Source: Amoebophrya sp. A120
Taxonomy: Eukaryota > Protista > Dinoflagellata
Direction: 5' to 3'
Length of the DNA stretch: 64,000 nt
NCBI GenBank assembly: GCA_905178155.1
Contig: CAJINV010000010.1
Coordinates: forward strand, 3,306,587-3,370,586
Position 1 is the first letter of the stretch. Each line of letters starts with the position of its first letter. Both the position numbers and the translations under genes were made by a program. Below the pieces are notes generated by a model. It had not been told where the DNA came from and made no database searches. It saw only the letters and a list, made by a program, of their open reading frames with translations. This document shows positions 1 through 11,901 of the stretch, piece by piece.

Positions 1-3000
1 TATTTGTCTGCTGCCCCGAAGTGTCCGTGCCCATGTCCATGTCCAACTGCGGACGCATTAGGATTATGTCGCGGTGGCAGAGTTCTGTTGCCCGGATGGA
101 ATACGCCGCGGTCCAGAGGGGAATGTAGTCGGCATCGGTCGCGTTTCCATAGCCCGCAGGAGGCCAAAAGAAAAACGCGTACGCCTCGTCAGTGCGGCAT
201 CTTCGCGCTGTACGAGTGGGAGCCGGCCCATAGCCTCCTGCAAAAGTGCCGGCTTGCCCCGTGCTATTCTGTTGCGGTGGCGCTGGTGAGCCCTCTAGCA
301 CAGCAACAGGCACGGGACCTTTTCTTGCGTTGCTTCGGCGGTCCAAAATGCGCTGCTGCCGATGCAATGTGTCCGGACCCGCCTGGCAGAGTAATTGGTT
401 AGTTCGAAGAATATTTCGGAAAGAACCGCGCTAATAAAGATTTTTACATATACAAGAAGACGGGTCGCCCGGTTGGGCGACCCTTTCTTGGGCTTGATTC
501 TTTTGTATGCTGATAGCGACTACGCAGCAAAAAAATGCTCATTAGGATTGCTGGGCCGGGCTCCATGCGAAGGGAAGAGGGCGGGGGAGAGATAGTGTGA
601 GAAGCCTTGAGCGTCTCGGTGCTGGTTCGTTCTCTTTATGCCGCGGCGAGGCAGGGTCTCTCGCTGGACAGCGCGGCCTCTCCTGGCCCTTCGTTCCGGG
701 GGAGCAAACATCTGCGACACCAGCTCCGGAAAGCCTGGGCGCGCACGATAACCCTGGCCGCGGCCTTCTGGGGGGCATGCCGCTTTTTGCTTCCGTGCCG
801 TGCGTTGAGTGCCTCCCAAGGAGCCTCCCGGCGGGCCATCGGGGGGCCTTAGAGGCAAACCAATGGGGGGCCGGGGGAACGGGAGGGGTCTCCCTTCGGG
901 GGGGCTCTCGGGGGTGCCTTTTTGCTTCCAAGCCCAGCCGGCTGGCAACGCGTGATCCAGGCTGGCAGGGGGGGCCCAGGCCTTGGGGGGCCCAAGCAGG
1001 GCGGGGGGCCGCAGGCCCGAAGCGGTGCCGCGGGCCCTCTCGGGGTTGGGATCATCTGCGAGACGGACGGGCCAATCCCGCGCGCCAGGGCAGCGCGCGC
1101 GCTGATTTGTCTGTGTGGAGGCCTTCTGCAGGGCCGGGCCAACCTTCCCTTGCTCTTTTGTGCGGCGAATGTGGCTCCGCCTCCGTCCTTGCTGGCTCCG
1201 CCGGTGCGCGGCAACACAAAAGCAAGGGGTCGGGGGCAGGCCAAGAAGGGCCTCGGAGGGAGGCTTCAGGGGCGGCTGGCTTTGCGGGGCCCAACGGGAG
1301 GCCTTCAGGGGGGTCGAAGGGGGGCCTTTTTGCTTCTCGCCCTGCCAACCCGCTTTCTGCTGTGCCTACGGCCGGAAGCAAGGGGGGCGCTTATCTGCCG
1401 CGCGCCCGCCGGGGCTTTTTTTGTGGGCAGACCAACCCCGCACGGGCGGCGCACCCGCGAGTTCGTGGGCCGGCGCCGCGGCCCCCTGCCGGCCCCCCTT
1501 CTGCAGGCCCGGGCCTTCCCTTGCTCGTGTCTGACTCACTGTGCGCGGCAGCGCGGCTGCCTGCGCTCGCTAACTCCGCCGCTTTGCGGCAATACAAAAA
1601 GGGTCGGGGCTTGGCCAAGAGTGAGAGAGGGGCCTCGGCGGGAGGCCTCACTAAGGGGGGGGGCCTTCGGGGGGCCTTGTTGTCTCTCGCCCAAGCCTTT
1701 TTCTGCTGTGCTTGCGGCCGGAAGCAAGGGGCAGGGAGGCTCACTATTATCTGGGCGGCGCGCGCCCGCGGAGGCCTCTTCTTTCTGCCCTTATTGCGCA
1801 GCGGCAGTGGGCCAGCGAGCGGACCTACCCTCCCGCGGCTCTGCCGGTGGCCCCCCCGGGGGTGGGGGCATCTGCGAGACGGGCGGGCGGAGGGAAGGAA
1901 CAACCCTGCAAAGGCTGCGCGCGAATAGTTTAATTATCTGCGCCCGCCGCGGCCTTCAGCAGGCCCGGGCCCCCCCTTGCTTGCTCGTATGGGAGGGCGC
2001 ACGGCATGGCGGCTCCGCTTTTTTTGCCTCGGGGGGGGCTTTTTTTGCCTCAGTGGGTGCGAACGCGAAAAAAAAGGGGGGGGCTAAGAGGGCGGCCTAA
2101 ACCTCTCCTTCGGGCAAAAGGGGGGGCCTCAGGGGGGGCTTTTTTGGCCTCAGGGGGGGCCTAAGGGGGGGCCTTAGGGGTCGAGGGGGGGCCTGAGGGG
2201 AGGCCTGAGGCCCAGAAAAGCCCTAATAATCATATATTCGTCTTCGTAATTAATTAAGGATAACTCGGAGAAAAGCCGCCTGGGTACTAAGTACACCAAA
2301 AAGAACAGCGCTAAACTCTAGCGGTTCCGCGACAAGCAACAACGCAGCTGTCACTTTTTGATGTTAGGTCTGAGTCTAATCCGTAAATCTAAATTGAAAG
2401 AACAGCTCTCCACACTTCTATAGATAAAGAAGTACCTCCCTTGTTCGGCCGTCGTCGGAGGTTCCTAGCCCTGGCTGGTAAAACCTTTTGGATCGACGGC
2501 GCTGCTTTTTTCCAGCTTCTAGTCCCACTGCTGACCGCTTGTGTTCGTAGCCTGTAAGTGTAACGAGCAAACATGACCGGGTCTGAAAGAGTGCAGACTA
2601 AGTTGCGAAACAGCTTCGTGTTGTTCGCGCCACGGTTCATCACAAAAAATAAATCAAATCTGTCTTGCATGGGCTGCAGAATACATATCTCTTGGCCATA
2701 TTGAGGATTGAGGATTTCTCATGCAGAGTCCATACATAAAGTAGACCTTAAAAGGCCATCGCAGAATCTGATGTGCAAGACCCTTCATTCTCGGCGACGT
2801 GAGATGGCAAACAAGTAGGGGACGGCATAGCAAAGTAGCGGCTCAAACCCAGACATATTTGCAACGGATAGCGACACCCACACCAGAGTAGCTTGAAGCG
2901 CCAAGGATGATTGCTGCTGCAGCCCCAGCCCGCTTGGTGGTAACGCTGAAGGACAAACGAAGATGTTGTTGTGGACCTCCTGATGTTGAGCTGCTTCGTC

Positions 3001-3100
3001 CCCGGGGTCGGCCCTTTCGTTCACACCGTCGGCCAGCCGGATCGGGAGCACATTGTGCACTCCGCACCGCCACATCGGCTTGTCGGCTACGCCCGATCAT
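1..3100 (-). CDS. GT8-family (glycogenin/PGSIP-type) glycosyltransferase, 5' part; runs off the window start
   Basis: Hand-spliced model: ATG 3100 (MIGRSRQ...AAAAIILG), exon ~2551-2436, GT-AG intron 2435-520, exon 519-454, GT-AG intron 453-383 with a CTAAC branch site, then an open frame to <1. That frame encodes EAYAFFFW..DADYIPLWTAAYSIRATELCHRDIILM, resembling the glycogenin-type GT8 N-terminus. The DXD motif is not inside the window. Confidence 0.55.
542..2226. mobile_element. GC-rich TIR element inside intron 2 of the GT8 gene, with about 4 degenerate internal ~370-450 bp tandem units
   Basis: Left end TTAGGATTGCTGGGCC versus reverse complement of right end TTAGGGCTTTTCTGGGCC. A motif like CCTTCTGCAGGCCCGGGCC..CCCTTGCTC recurs near 1120, 1497 and 1951. 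No clean target-site duplication (TSD). Confidence 0.5.
2559..2870. mobile_element. TIR introner in the GT8 leader exon
   Basis: GCAAACATGACCGGGTCTGAAAGA ... AAACCCAGACATATTTGC, the same TIR family as 41675, 44933 and 61039. Removal plus 5 nt (or a nearby GT-AG pair) gives GYEHKRSAVGLEAGKKQRRRSKRFYQ, which aligns with the paralogous leader LEAKANPGRQSKTFHQ. Confidence 0.7.
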
Positions 3101-3336
3101 GATCTTCGCCAGCGTTCTTATCGAAAAGAAGGACGAGGACGACGTAAAAGTAAAACTAAACCCAATTGCGAAAATGAAGATTGTAACAATACATATAGAT
3201 GATTCTCTGTAAACCAAAACGGGCAAAACGAAATTCGTGCGAGTGAATCAGAAAAACGAGGGCTGCAGCTCTTTGCTACGATCTAGCTAACAACGGCGAA
3301 TAAACAAAGGGCGGGGGTCTTCACTTAGCTATTGTC

Positions 3337-3400
3337 GACTCTGAGTCGTCTTGGGCATTTATTTTGAGCGACATTATAGGGCTTCGTCCTCGTTTCCTGT
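3337..3400 (-). promoter_or_regulatory. Conserved upstream motif copy (GT8 gene)
   Basis: Plus-strand GACTCTGAGT...CCTCGTTTCCTGT, 237-300 bp upstream of ATG 3100. The same motif occurs upstream of other genes in the window. Confidence 0.5.
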
Positions 3401-3914
3401 TTGCATCGTTGGAGACTTGTATTTCCCGCAAGTAATCAATGCGATGAATACAAACTGCAGACTCGCTCTCCTCTATCACATTCTCCAGAAGAGCAAAGAC
3501 ACGAAACGAAGAAAAACAGGGCGATTTTTCGTTTTCTGTATAGCACAGTGCGACTTTTTACTGGTGCAGATTAACATTAAGAGAGGGAAAGGTATAATTT
3601 CTTTTTCGGATAGTATCGGCCGGCAGGGGACAGAGGCCTCGCTGCCGAACCTACGAAGACCCCGTCGGACCACGAGACCGAAATTCAAAACAATCCCGGC
3701 TTGCAGGACGACGATGGAAGTGACGAACGAAACCGATTTCCGCATACGCATCCAGTTTTTTTCCTACCATGGTAAGCACGGCAACGACCGTTTGATGTTT
3801 CGTTCGACAACTTTCTGCTCCACTGCTGTTGCCGTGTGCAACTACTCGGCACTTATTTATTGCGTAAGCGAATCACGACGAGTTTTGTATACCGTAGCGT
3901 GCTACTTTTTACTG

Positions 3915-4215
3915 GTGTAAAAGATTAATATTAAGGGGCATTTTTCCTTTTTCATCGGATAAGAAAGACTGAGACATGCTGAGGACGACAGGTTGCAGGA
4001 CGACAGGTTGCAGGACGACAGGTTTCCGAAGTACCGAGAAGTGAGGATGACAGGCTACAACACGACATCTGCGAGAGAGGACAGAGACCTCGCTGTTGAA
4101 CCTAGGGGCACGTAGCTGGACGAAACCGAAACAAGTCAAACAAAATCACTGTCTGCAAAATGGGAGTGGCACACAAAAGCGATAGGCTCGCGCACTGCAT
4201 ATACACATCCAGTTT
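3915..4215 (+). repeat. Dispersed upstream module X, including a 15-bp tandem repeat (CAGGACGACAGGTTG x3); copy at ~62345-62575
   Basis: GAAGTACCGAGAAGTGAGGA...CAAACAAAATCACTGTCTGCAA...GATAGG is shared with 62388-62570. A weaker copy lies at ~3560-3760. Confidence 0.8.
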
Positions 4216-4459
4216 TTTTCTTGCAATTTCCTTAGTACGCCGAGTCATGTTTCGCAAATGAAAACTGTTTTCTTCGCCGCGGACGCACCCGTCTCATTTC
4301 ACACCTTGCGTTCTTCATCACTGCACCCCCATCTCATTTCTTTTCCCTGGCGCATGCGTCGTGTTCGGTGGATATGTTGATCAAGTGTAGGAAACACTTT
4401 TGACGAGATTCGTCAGCCGGTCGATATGTAAATCATGAACGAAAACTTAACTCATAACG

Positions 4460-4990
4460 AAGTCGACAGAATCCAGAGTAGTTGCACGAGTTCTTGCGGA
4501 ACGATTAGGTTTTGTTGGACGAAGGAACGACAAGAAATAGGATATTTGAACGAAGCAGAAACGGAATCGATATGAATTAAATTCATATGATAAAAAATAG
4601 TGCTAATTAATTGCGCAGGAACTGATTGATGTAATCCATCAAGACCGAATGATGTTCGAAAGTGACTTCTTGGACAAGAGCACAAGAGACTAACATATAG
4701 GACTGGTCCTCTACGGTAACAGAACAACAAATCACCAGCACCTCCCTCGTGGTCATCCGTTCAGAAATTAAAACAGAGAACCCGCTGCTGGCGCACGAAG
4801 AAAAAAGCAACAGCATGCAGCTCCCGTACATGCTGTACTTCTGCTAGCGTTTATTTTTTTCGTAAAGTAGTTGTTTTTCATCGGGGGTGGAGCTTGCAAT
4901 TGCATATGTTTATTTCATCTGAAGAGAAGTAGCTTGCTGCAACAGAAAACTACGGGGTCCGCAAATTTCGAACGGCCGCTAGAGTTCCAG
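4460..4990 (+). repeat. Dispersed upstream module Y; copy at ~12301-13720, interrupted there by a MITE
   Basis: TGCACGAGTTCTTG, TCCATCAAGACCGAATGAT, AAAGTGACTTCTTGGACAAGAGCACAAGAGACTA and CAACAGAAAACTACGG occur collinearly in both places. Confidence 0.75.
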
Positions 4991-5047
4991 CTCATGACTT
5001 CGGGCTCTTGTGCCTCGCCCGGCGTGGCGGAAATTATTATCAAGCCC

Positions 5048-5635
5048 ATGCCTGGTTAGGCACGGCATAGCTTCGCTCTTTGCTTTCATACCCCGCTACA
5101 TGAAGTGGACCTAACGTACGCACAAGCCTGTGGCTGATTTGTAGAGTTCTCTACTACCTCCTCCAGCCGTGTTCGCTCGAGCTTGTTTTATGTTGCAACA
5201 GCCACCTGCGTTCTTGGCAAGGAGTTACAGATACAGTAGTGAAACAGGGATAACGATAAAGCCAAATGAGTGGGGCTGATAGTAAAAACTGGGGCACAGC
5301 TGTACAACTATTAAAATAAATTTCTTCTTGTGATATCCGATATAACATTTTCTAAGTAAATTTTTCTTTGGTTTGGTATTAGAATCTGGCCATCGCTTCG
5401 AAAAAGTTTAAATTTTTGTCTGAAAGAACATACGAAAAGTTTGCGTGTTGTCTCTTGCACCCTTTGCACTTGAGGCCTTCCCGTCTGCCTGCTTGCAGCC
5501 TGCGGGAGTAGCAGAAGTAGCCAACACCAAACTGATGCTGTACCCCTAACTGCTCCGAAAGGAGCCACAGGCAGAGCGAAAGGGGCACGAGGACGGACCG
5601 AGGCAAATACTTCAAGGAAAAATAGAGAAATGCCT
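5048..5635 (+). repeat. Dispersed upstream module Z, copy 1 (others at 13779-14385 and 59241-59853)
   Basis: ATGCCTGGTT.GGCAC ... TGTTGCAACA.CCACCT.CGTTCTT ... GGAGCCA.AGGC.GAGCG.AAGGG.CACGAGGACGGAC is collinear in three places. Confidence 0.85.
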
Positions 5636-5715
5636 GACAGGCTGAGATCCCTTCTTCAAGGAAAAATAGGGACATGCTGAGTTCTCTGTGATTAAACACC
5701 AGAAGAGGGCGACGT

Positions 5716-5719
<4 letters not shown>

Positions 5720-5789
<70 letters not shown>

Positions 5790-5802
5790 GAGAGAGAGAG
5801 AG
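5720..5802 (+). repeat. (GA)n microsatellite
   Basis: About 40 GA units with one interruption. Confidence 0.97.
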
Positions 5803-6525
5803 CAAGGGCTGTGGGAATGCTGCTACAGGAAAAAAGCATCTACGCTCCATGAATATAGTGACGATGCGAAGGGAGCAACTGCAGTGCGTAAGAGTGTTGA
5901 TAAAGAAATAGGGTCAGGAGAGTGAAGCTGATTGGAAAAAACTGACGCACAAATATACGCATTTTTTTTTTTTCATTTGGGCACTTCGTTTTTTTTTTGT
6001 TATTTGCTTTTTTTGTAGTTTGTTATTGCTACTGGGACCCATTATTTGCGTCGAACTAGTGTGAGAGTTTGGATTTGCTTTCAGAAAAATGCGAAAAGTT
6101 TGAGCGTTCCCTCCTCTTGCAACATCCTTTGAGGGCTTCTTGTCTAACTACGATTTTAGGGCGGGCGAGAGCATTAAATTGGTGCTTTACTAGTAACCGC
6201 TCCCCGGTGCCTGCTTGCGTTTTATATTTTTTCCTGAAAGAAGTAGTAAGTGGTTTTTCGGAGGTAACAAGGCACTGAACTGTTCATTTCGCGGAAAGTA
6301 GCTTGCGCCAACAGCAGGTTGCGGGGTCTGCACATCTCCACCCGCTAGGGCTGCAGGCCATCGCCCCGAGCCCTTCTGCTTTGCCTTAAGTGGATGAAAA
6401 GCAAATGGCACGAGCTACTTTCTACGAATGCAGCCATGGCACCTGTAGTGGCCGCACCCAACAAAAGAAATTGAATGTACATCGTAGCTAACCTGGCCGT
6501 GTACTACTGGCACGCAGCCCAACCG

Positions 6526-9511
6526 CTATCGCGGCGAAAGAAATGCCTCTCCCCCGTTTGCCGTTCCTGAGCCGCCCGGCGCTGTTTCAGTGCAGTCACT
6601 CCTTGCATCGGTCGCCGGGCTGCATTGGCTGCACATGCCTTGGCAGTGGCGGTTGCAAACTTCGCAGGACATGGCGAGAGAAAAATCTTGGCAATTTTTC
6701 TTCATGTCCCTGGCGTAACTTCTCCCGCGCACGCCGCCCGCCGGGTCGAGCGAGCCGCCAATATCGAGCGCGACGTCTTTCCTCTGTAAGCACGCCGGGC
6801 TTTCCGCAAACGCTTCGGCCGCAATGATTTTCATGAAAGATCCGCCGGCAAACAGGAAAATAACGGTTTCACTCGGAAACCGCTCACACTGCTCCGCCAT
6901 GGCTTTCTTCAGGCGCTTCTTCGTGGGGCCATCGCAGGCGCCGCTCTCTTCGGGGCGTGGTGCCTCGAGAAACGCCACCCGTGTTGGGAAGAATCGGCAG
7001 GACACGGCACTCAAATGCGGCGGCCCAATGAGGACAAGGGGGCGCCGCGCCTGCTCCACCATTTTCCGCACGACTTCGTAGCCAGGGAAGCCTCTCTATC
7101 CTACACAAAAATTGCTGCACACCCATACCAGCAAAAGCAGCAATTAATTATGCTTTGCGGATTTTATTTTTCCTGCCTGCCACACGATCTCAGCGGCCGG
7201 CCACAGACCGTTCGCGCTACCGCAGTAGCTTCTAGACCACGTCGCCACACTCTGCACGAAAGAAAGCGGCCATGCTTGTAGCCCCCACCCCAAATTCATT
7301 CCATTTCTGTGCCGCCAATTTAAGTAGCCACGCGCGCCTGGGTCTTTGGGTCTACAAACCACACAGGCAAGATAGGTCGGCGCCCCCCCCAAAGTGCCTG
7401 ACGGCCCGGCCCTGTAGATAGTCATCGAAAGGCACGACCCCGGGTTTTTGCACTTCGGAACACCGTGAAAGGCGGGCGGCCCCTTTTTGCTTTGCAGGCC
7501 GCAGAACTGAATCGCGCGAGCTTGCTTCTGCCACATTTTTTTGCCATCGGCCTCCGAGGTGTTCGGGGGTTCTGCTGGTTTTTCTTTTTTTTCAGGTTCT
7601 GAAAGGTTTTTCGCCTTTTCGATAAAAAGCCTGCAGGGGGTCCAAACTCAAAAGCTAGCTGCTCTGGGCCTTCACAGGGTCCCCAAAGGCCTCTGCAGGA
7701 AGCGCGCTATTTTTGACGACAGCCCGAACCTTCGAAAGGGTGGCAAAAATGGAAACTGCAGCTGAGGAAGACCCTCAGAAGGCTCGGAAATCATCCAAAT
7801 GCTTCTTTTCTAGAAACGGGCGGCGTTTGCATGCGAAACATAAAAAAACAAAGGCTCCCACCCTCAGAAGGCCCTCGCCCTGCTTCCTTTGCTTGCGTCC
7901 TTCTAAAGGTGGGCCTTTCGAAAAGCCTCTGGGGGCCGGACCATTCTTGCTGTTTTACTTCCCGGGCGAGTGTTCCCTCGTCGGCGCGCTTCAAAAAGTC
8001 GCGCGGTTTGAAAATTCGCAGAGCAGTGTCTGCCATGCCTTGTCCGCCCTGTAACTGTATGGTCCCCGGCTATGAAGATAAAGCATTCGAAAGCCATTCG
8101 GCCTCGCCCTTTTTCCGTTTAACACAACTTGCGAGGGCCCGCTGGGTCGGTGGCCAGCAAGGATCACGGCCCGCCTCTGAAGCAGGCGGTGGGGGGGGTG
8201 CTGCGGCAGCAAGATAGACAGAAGCGCCCCGCGCCCGGCATGCCCACGCCTGGCCGAGTCTGCCAGCCGGGGCGAAACCGCGGCCCGCGCGCGCGCGCCC
8301 TGGGGGGCAGTCCGCTGCGCGAGCCCCAACTTCGCTGCAGCAAGGAAGGGGCGCTGCCACGCGGCGCTAGCCCCTTTGCCGCGTGTGCCCCCCTCTCCGA
8401 AGAGGCGCAGCCGGCGGAGCAGATGGCCTGCGCCAGCCTGGTTGGCTTCGGGCGCAATGCTGGGCCGCAACGCCGCGCAAGAAGGCGGCCAGAGTTCATG
8501 CCACAGTCTATCCGCGCCGGCGATTTTGGAGCTGGGGGCCCCTACGCTGGCAGCCGCCACCCTCCTCGCGCTCGCACTTGCCCTTGCGCGGGCACTTTCT
8601 TGCACGCCACTTCGCAGGGGAAACACCCACCGCGCTTGCTCCGTGCCGCAATCGCGCGGGGCTATAAATAATGGCTGCAGGTTCCCGGAGCGGGTGTGCG
8701 TTTTTGTGTGATACTTCCTCGTCTGCGGGGAGGTGCTGGTCTTCACCTCCTGGGGGCACCATGTAGAAACCCCAGGGGGACCAATGGCCGCTGGCGCGTG
8801 CACCTTCTGCTGTGTGGCGCCATGCGGGGTCTGCCAACATTTCCGAGGCAAAAGCTTCCATACGATCGTGCAGCCCTTGGTGATCCGGAAAAGCCGGGTC
8901 GTTATCCAGCCAATGGGGCCCCACGGTTCGGAGCAGGAAGGGCCACGAACTGCGAAGAACGCGAGACACCTGCTCCGCCAGGCACAGATTCATTCCCATC
9001 CCGTCCATCGTTGTGTTCGAGTCCTTGCGCACACGAGTCCAATTGGGTAAATGGTTTGGCCATAGGAGTTCGATGTCAATGTCGCCGAGCCGGAAATTCA
9101 CAAACCCATTCGGGACCACCCGCACACCCGGGTCCATGAAGTTGTCCCAATACTTTTCCAAAGTGCGAAAAAACTCAGGTTTCGGCGTAGCGAGCTTTAG
9201 AAACGACGGGGGAAGCTCGGGGAACATGCTCCCCGTCCAAACCGACAACGCGTGACAGACATGGGAAACACACAGAAACGACGTGGAGTTGGTCGCGACA
9301 CCGGCTTGCCGACCATCCTGTCTCTGCTCCTCTGCCTCGGCCTCTTCCCGTTTTTTCTTAAACCCGTTCGTAATCTGCGGTTCCTTCGAGCCAGTGACGG
9401 CTGAAAGTTTCTGAAAAAAAGCGGATCCACCAGGTGGGCCAGAGTTGAGCTGCGCATCGCCAGCAGCGCATGCCCTGATTTGATCGGGCGTGAAAGAACT
9501 GACACTTAGCA
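6526..9511 (-). CDS. GT-D-fold (DUF1792/GT101-like) glycosyltransferase domain; C-terminal half of a fusion with the upstream GT31
   Basis: FVNFRLGDIDIELL (compare the RxGDGE motif) in exon 9511-8714, and LVLIGPPHL...VIFLFAGG...ALDIGGSLDPAGGVRGRSY in exon ~7091-6526. The two exons join in frame (ADEEGFPGYEVVRKM) on removal of element 7097-8713 plus 5 nt. Confidence 0.6.
7097..8713. mobile_element. Long (1.6 kb) GC-rich TIR introner
   Basis: Left TATCCTACACAAAAATTGCTGCACACCC versus right reverse complement TATCACACAAAAACGCACACCC. Flanks CTCTC/CTTCC. Removal restores the frame. Confidence 0.7.
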
Positions 9512-9515
9512 CTTT

Positions 9516-9789
9516 TATGCTATGCAAACATCCCTGGGTCTGGGCAGTTGTATGTATTGCTAGCCTGCGAAATAAGCGCACTGCAATGTAGACCCCAGTA
9601 CGACAGGTTGTCGCGCTGCGATGTGCTGCCTATTTCGCACGCCGAGCTGCGTTTTCGTTTTTGCATGACCAGGTCGAGGCGTTCTTCGCGAACATGAGTA
9701 CGCAGTACAGAGCCAAAGGCAGCATCTCATGGCATTCAGGCATAGCGAGCCTATCAATCTTCCAGACTAAGAACCGTTCGCATTGCATA
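9516..9789. mobile_element. TIR introner between the GT31 and GT-D domains (also readable as GT-AG intron 9790-9512)
   Basis: TATGCTATGCAAACATCCCTGGGTCTGG versus right reverse complement TATGCAATGCGAACGGTTCTTAGTCTGG. Removal gives CTSPD(G/V)LSVSSFTPDQIRAC. Confidence 0.75.
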
Positions 9790-9790
9790 C

Positions 9791-11588
9791 CGTCGGGACT
9801 GGTGCAATTTCCATCTTTGCGAAACCGCTCCCCTCCGTCATTCCCATTGATAAAGCGGACGCCTGGAATCTTCCCTTCTGCCGCATAGATGCCCCAACGA
9901 TAGTCTCCCGCCGAATAAGGGAACAGTTCGGCGCCGTGGTCCGCAACGTATTTTACAAAATTCCAAGAAAAAGCCACTCCTTGTGCACCGCCGGCAAAAG
10001 TTGGGTAAGTGTCGTGAGGGTAATTTAGCTCGGGATGTTTGTCTTCCTGCGGGTTCTTTTGCGCTTTCGCTCCTTCGGCAAGACTTCCAATGATTAGCTT
10101 GTCTTGCCGAGGATCCAAGCCGACCGTAGGTACTTGCTCACTTGGGCTCGGAAAGAGAAATCGATGCAACATGGAAGGCCTCGCGTAAGAATCGTCACCG
10201 ATCCCCATAAGCCACTTCAGACCGGACGAAAACTCCTGCGACGCTACCCACTGGAAAGCCGCTTTCCATTTCTCCGTCGCGTTGAAATACACATCCACGA
10301 CCGGCAACAGCACCACGTCGCCGAAGGTCCTTGCTTCTTCTTGGAGTGCTTCCGTCAGTTGCCGCTCTTTCTTCTTTTGCTCCGCAAAGGCCGCCCCTCC
10401 AATGTTGCTGGCACGATCGTCGTCCAGCGTGCAGTTCGCGCCAGGAGCCTTGACGCCCTGCACCACTCGGGCGGCAACAGGAATTTCACAGCCCTGTTCG
10501 CCCACCGTGAAATAGGATGCCCAAGGACTAGCACTTGTGACGGCAAGTTTTTTGCCTGTCATCGGGCGTGTTGGCTTCAACCACGTCTCGCGAATCGCTT
10601 GTCTTGCAGCTGCATGTTCTCGCGCAGAGTGAACGAGAACGAGCATTTCCGCCGATCCGTCCACGGTCGGGGCGGCAAGAGAAGACTCTGCTTCGTGTCC
10701 CCGCTTTGGTGGTGTTCCATTTCCTGTGCAAAAACGTGCCCACCCTATGCGACTCCCGCTAGACAATCACATGCTTATCCTTATTCTGAAATCCAAACTG
10801 CTCGAATTCCGCATGAAAAGTTCGGACACAAGGGCGCGGCTCTGCTTTGCTATCAAAGCCGCAGCACGAATCCATCATCTGGCCCCGATTACGCTATATC
10901 ACAACATAACAACTTTCTTCCGAATACAACAAGAGCGTGCCTCTTGCCCTGAGGCGCTTGCAGGTACCCCTGGATTTGCTGCACGTGCAATTATATCCGC
11001 GCGAGTAGCCCGGGGTTGGTACGTCTATGAACAGGATACTCCACGACCACTGCCAATGCTCGCCAGCTGTAGGGTTTTGCTGCGTGTGCGTCCGGTGACC
11101 TGCATAAACGAGAGTTGCGTATTCAAAGTAGCCCTTGCATTCAGTACACTAGATGAAAAAAACAGCTGATGTACATGTTGCGAAAAAAAACCCTTCAGGC
11201 AGGCTTCTCTTCTTCATCGAAAAGCGAAAACACATACGGACTCTGCACTTACGTTTTTTTTGTCGCCGTTGTAGGATGCTTTCGGACGGTCAAATTTTCT
11301 CGATTGGCGGCCCGCATGTGTTTTTGCTTTAACTTGTTCGGGCCGACTTTTTCGCAACCCCGCCACACCCACAAAGAAAGAGGTCTCGACCCCAAGTAGA
11401 AGGACGGCTGCTGCGGACCGCGTGGTCGAAGAAGAATTCTTGCCACGAAAGCTGCTAGCACAAGCGGATCCGGCGCTGCTCTGCCCCTGACAATACTCTC
11501 GCTCGAGATTTCGACTCAGGGCCCCGCAGGATGCTATCCCCCCGAACTTGACACCGCAGACTCCGACTCGTCGGCTAGAACCGATCAT
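9791..11588 (-). CDS. GT31 beta-1,3-glycosyltransferase, B3GALNT2-like (N-terminal half of the fusion)
   Basis: VLVHSAR..ARQAIRETW, FTVGEQGCEIPV (compare B3GALNT2 FIIGAHGCEVPV), EE..FGDVVLLPVVDVY, GDDSY, HPELNYP.DTYPTFAGG. Leader exon from ATG 11588 with a GTAAGT donor, exon 2 at ~11099-11039, then introner 10720-11038. Confidence 0.85.
10720..11038. mobile_element. TIR introner in the shared leader of GT31
   Basis: TTTCCTGTGCAAAAACGTGCCCACCC versus right reverse complement TATCCTGTTCATAGACGTACCAACCC. TSD TTCCA/CTCCA. Removal gives GRG(T/A)PPKRGHE in frame. Confidence 0.8.
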
Positions 11589-11861
11589 GTTGACTAGGTA
11601 GTGGCCCTATCGCAAAGAGAAATCAGAAATGACGGGTGACGAGATGAAATGTTCTGACTTCGAAATGGTCAGGCAATTTATTAGCAGTAGAACTTAGTAG
11701 TAGCAGTATTTTCTTGCTTGTGAGTTGTACTATAGAGGAAAGTCGGGACTGTCACTGTTCTTTGCTCTGCTTTGTTGAGCTAGCGACGTCTGGTTACGTG
11801 AAAGACACAAAAAAGATGTTGGGCGGGGCGCAGAGGTCCTTGCCTAACAATGATAATTGAT

Positions 11862-11901
11862 GACTCTGAGTTCGAAAGGGGGATCCAAACTCGTTTCCTG
11901 T
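11862..11901 (-). promoter_or_regulatory. Conserved upstream motif copy (GT31 gene)
   Basis: GACTCTGAGTTCGAAAGGGGGATCCAAACTCGTTTCCTGT, 274-313 bp upstream of the ATG. Confidence 0.55.

Noticed and set aside
597-2100. Long G/A/R/P-rich ORFs here and at 14638-15723 and 46159-47684
   Set aside because: They are by-products of stop-poor GC-rich element interiors and show no domain signal.
7991-8800. PhyH/2OG-Fe(II) dioxygenase suggested by DQHLPAD and a later H..R-like stretch
   Set aside because: The HxD motif is absent, the later stretch lies inside element 7097-8713, and the flanking exons join into a GT-D-like domain.
10990-11040. In-frame TAG aligned to AAG in the paralog (plus TAG/CAG at the GT61 end), suggesting stop-codon reassignment as reported for one Amoebophrya lineage
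   Set aside because: This TAG lies inside an introner, and exons several hundred codons long contain no TAA/TAG/TGA, so the standard code fits.
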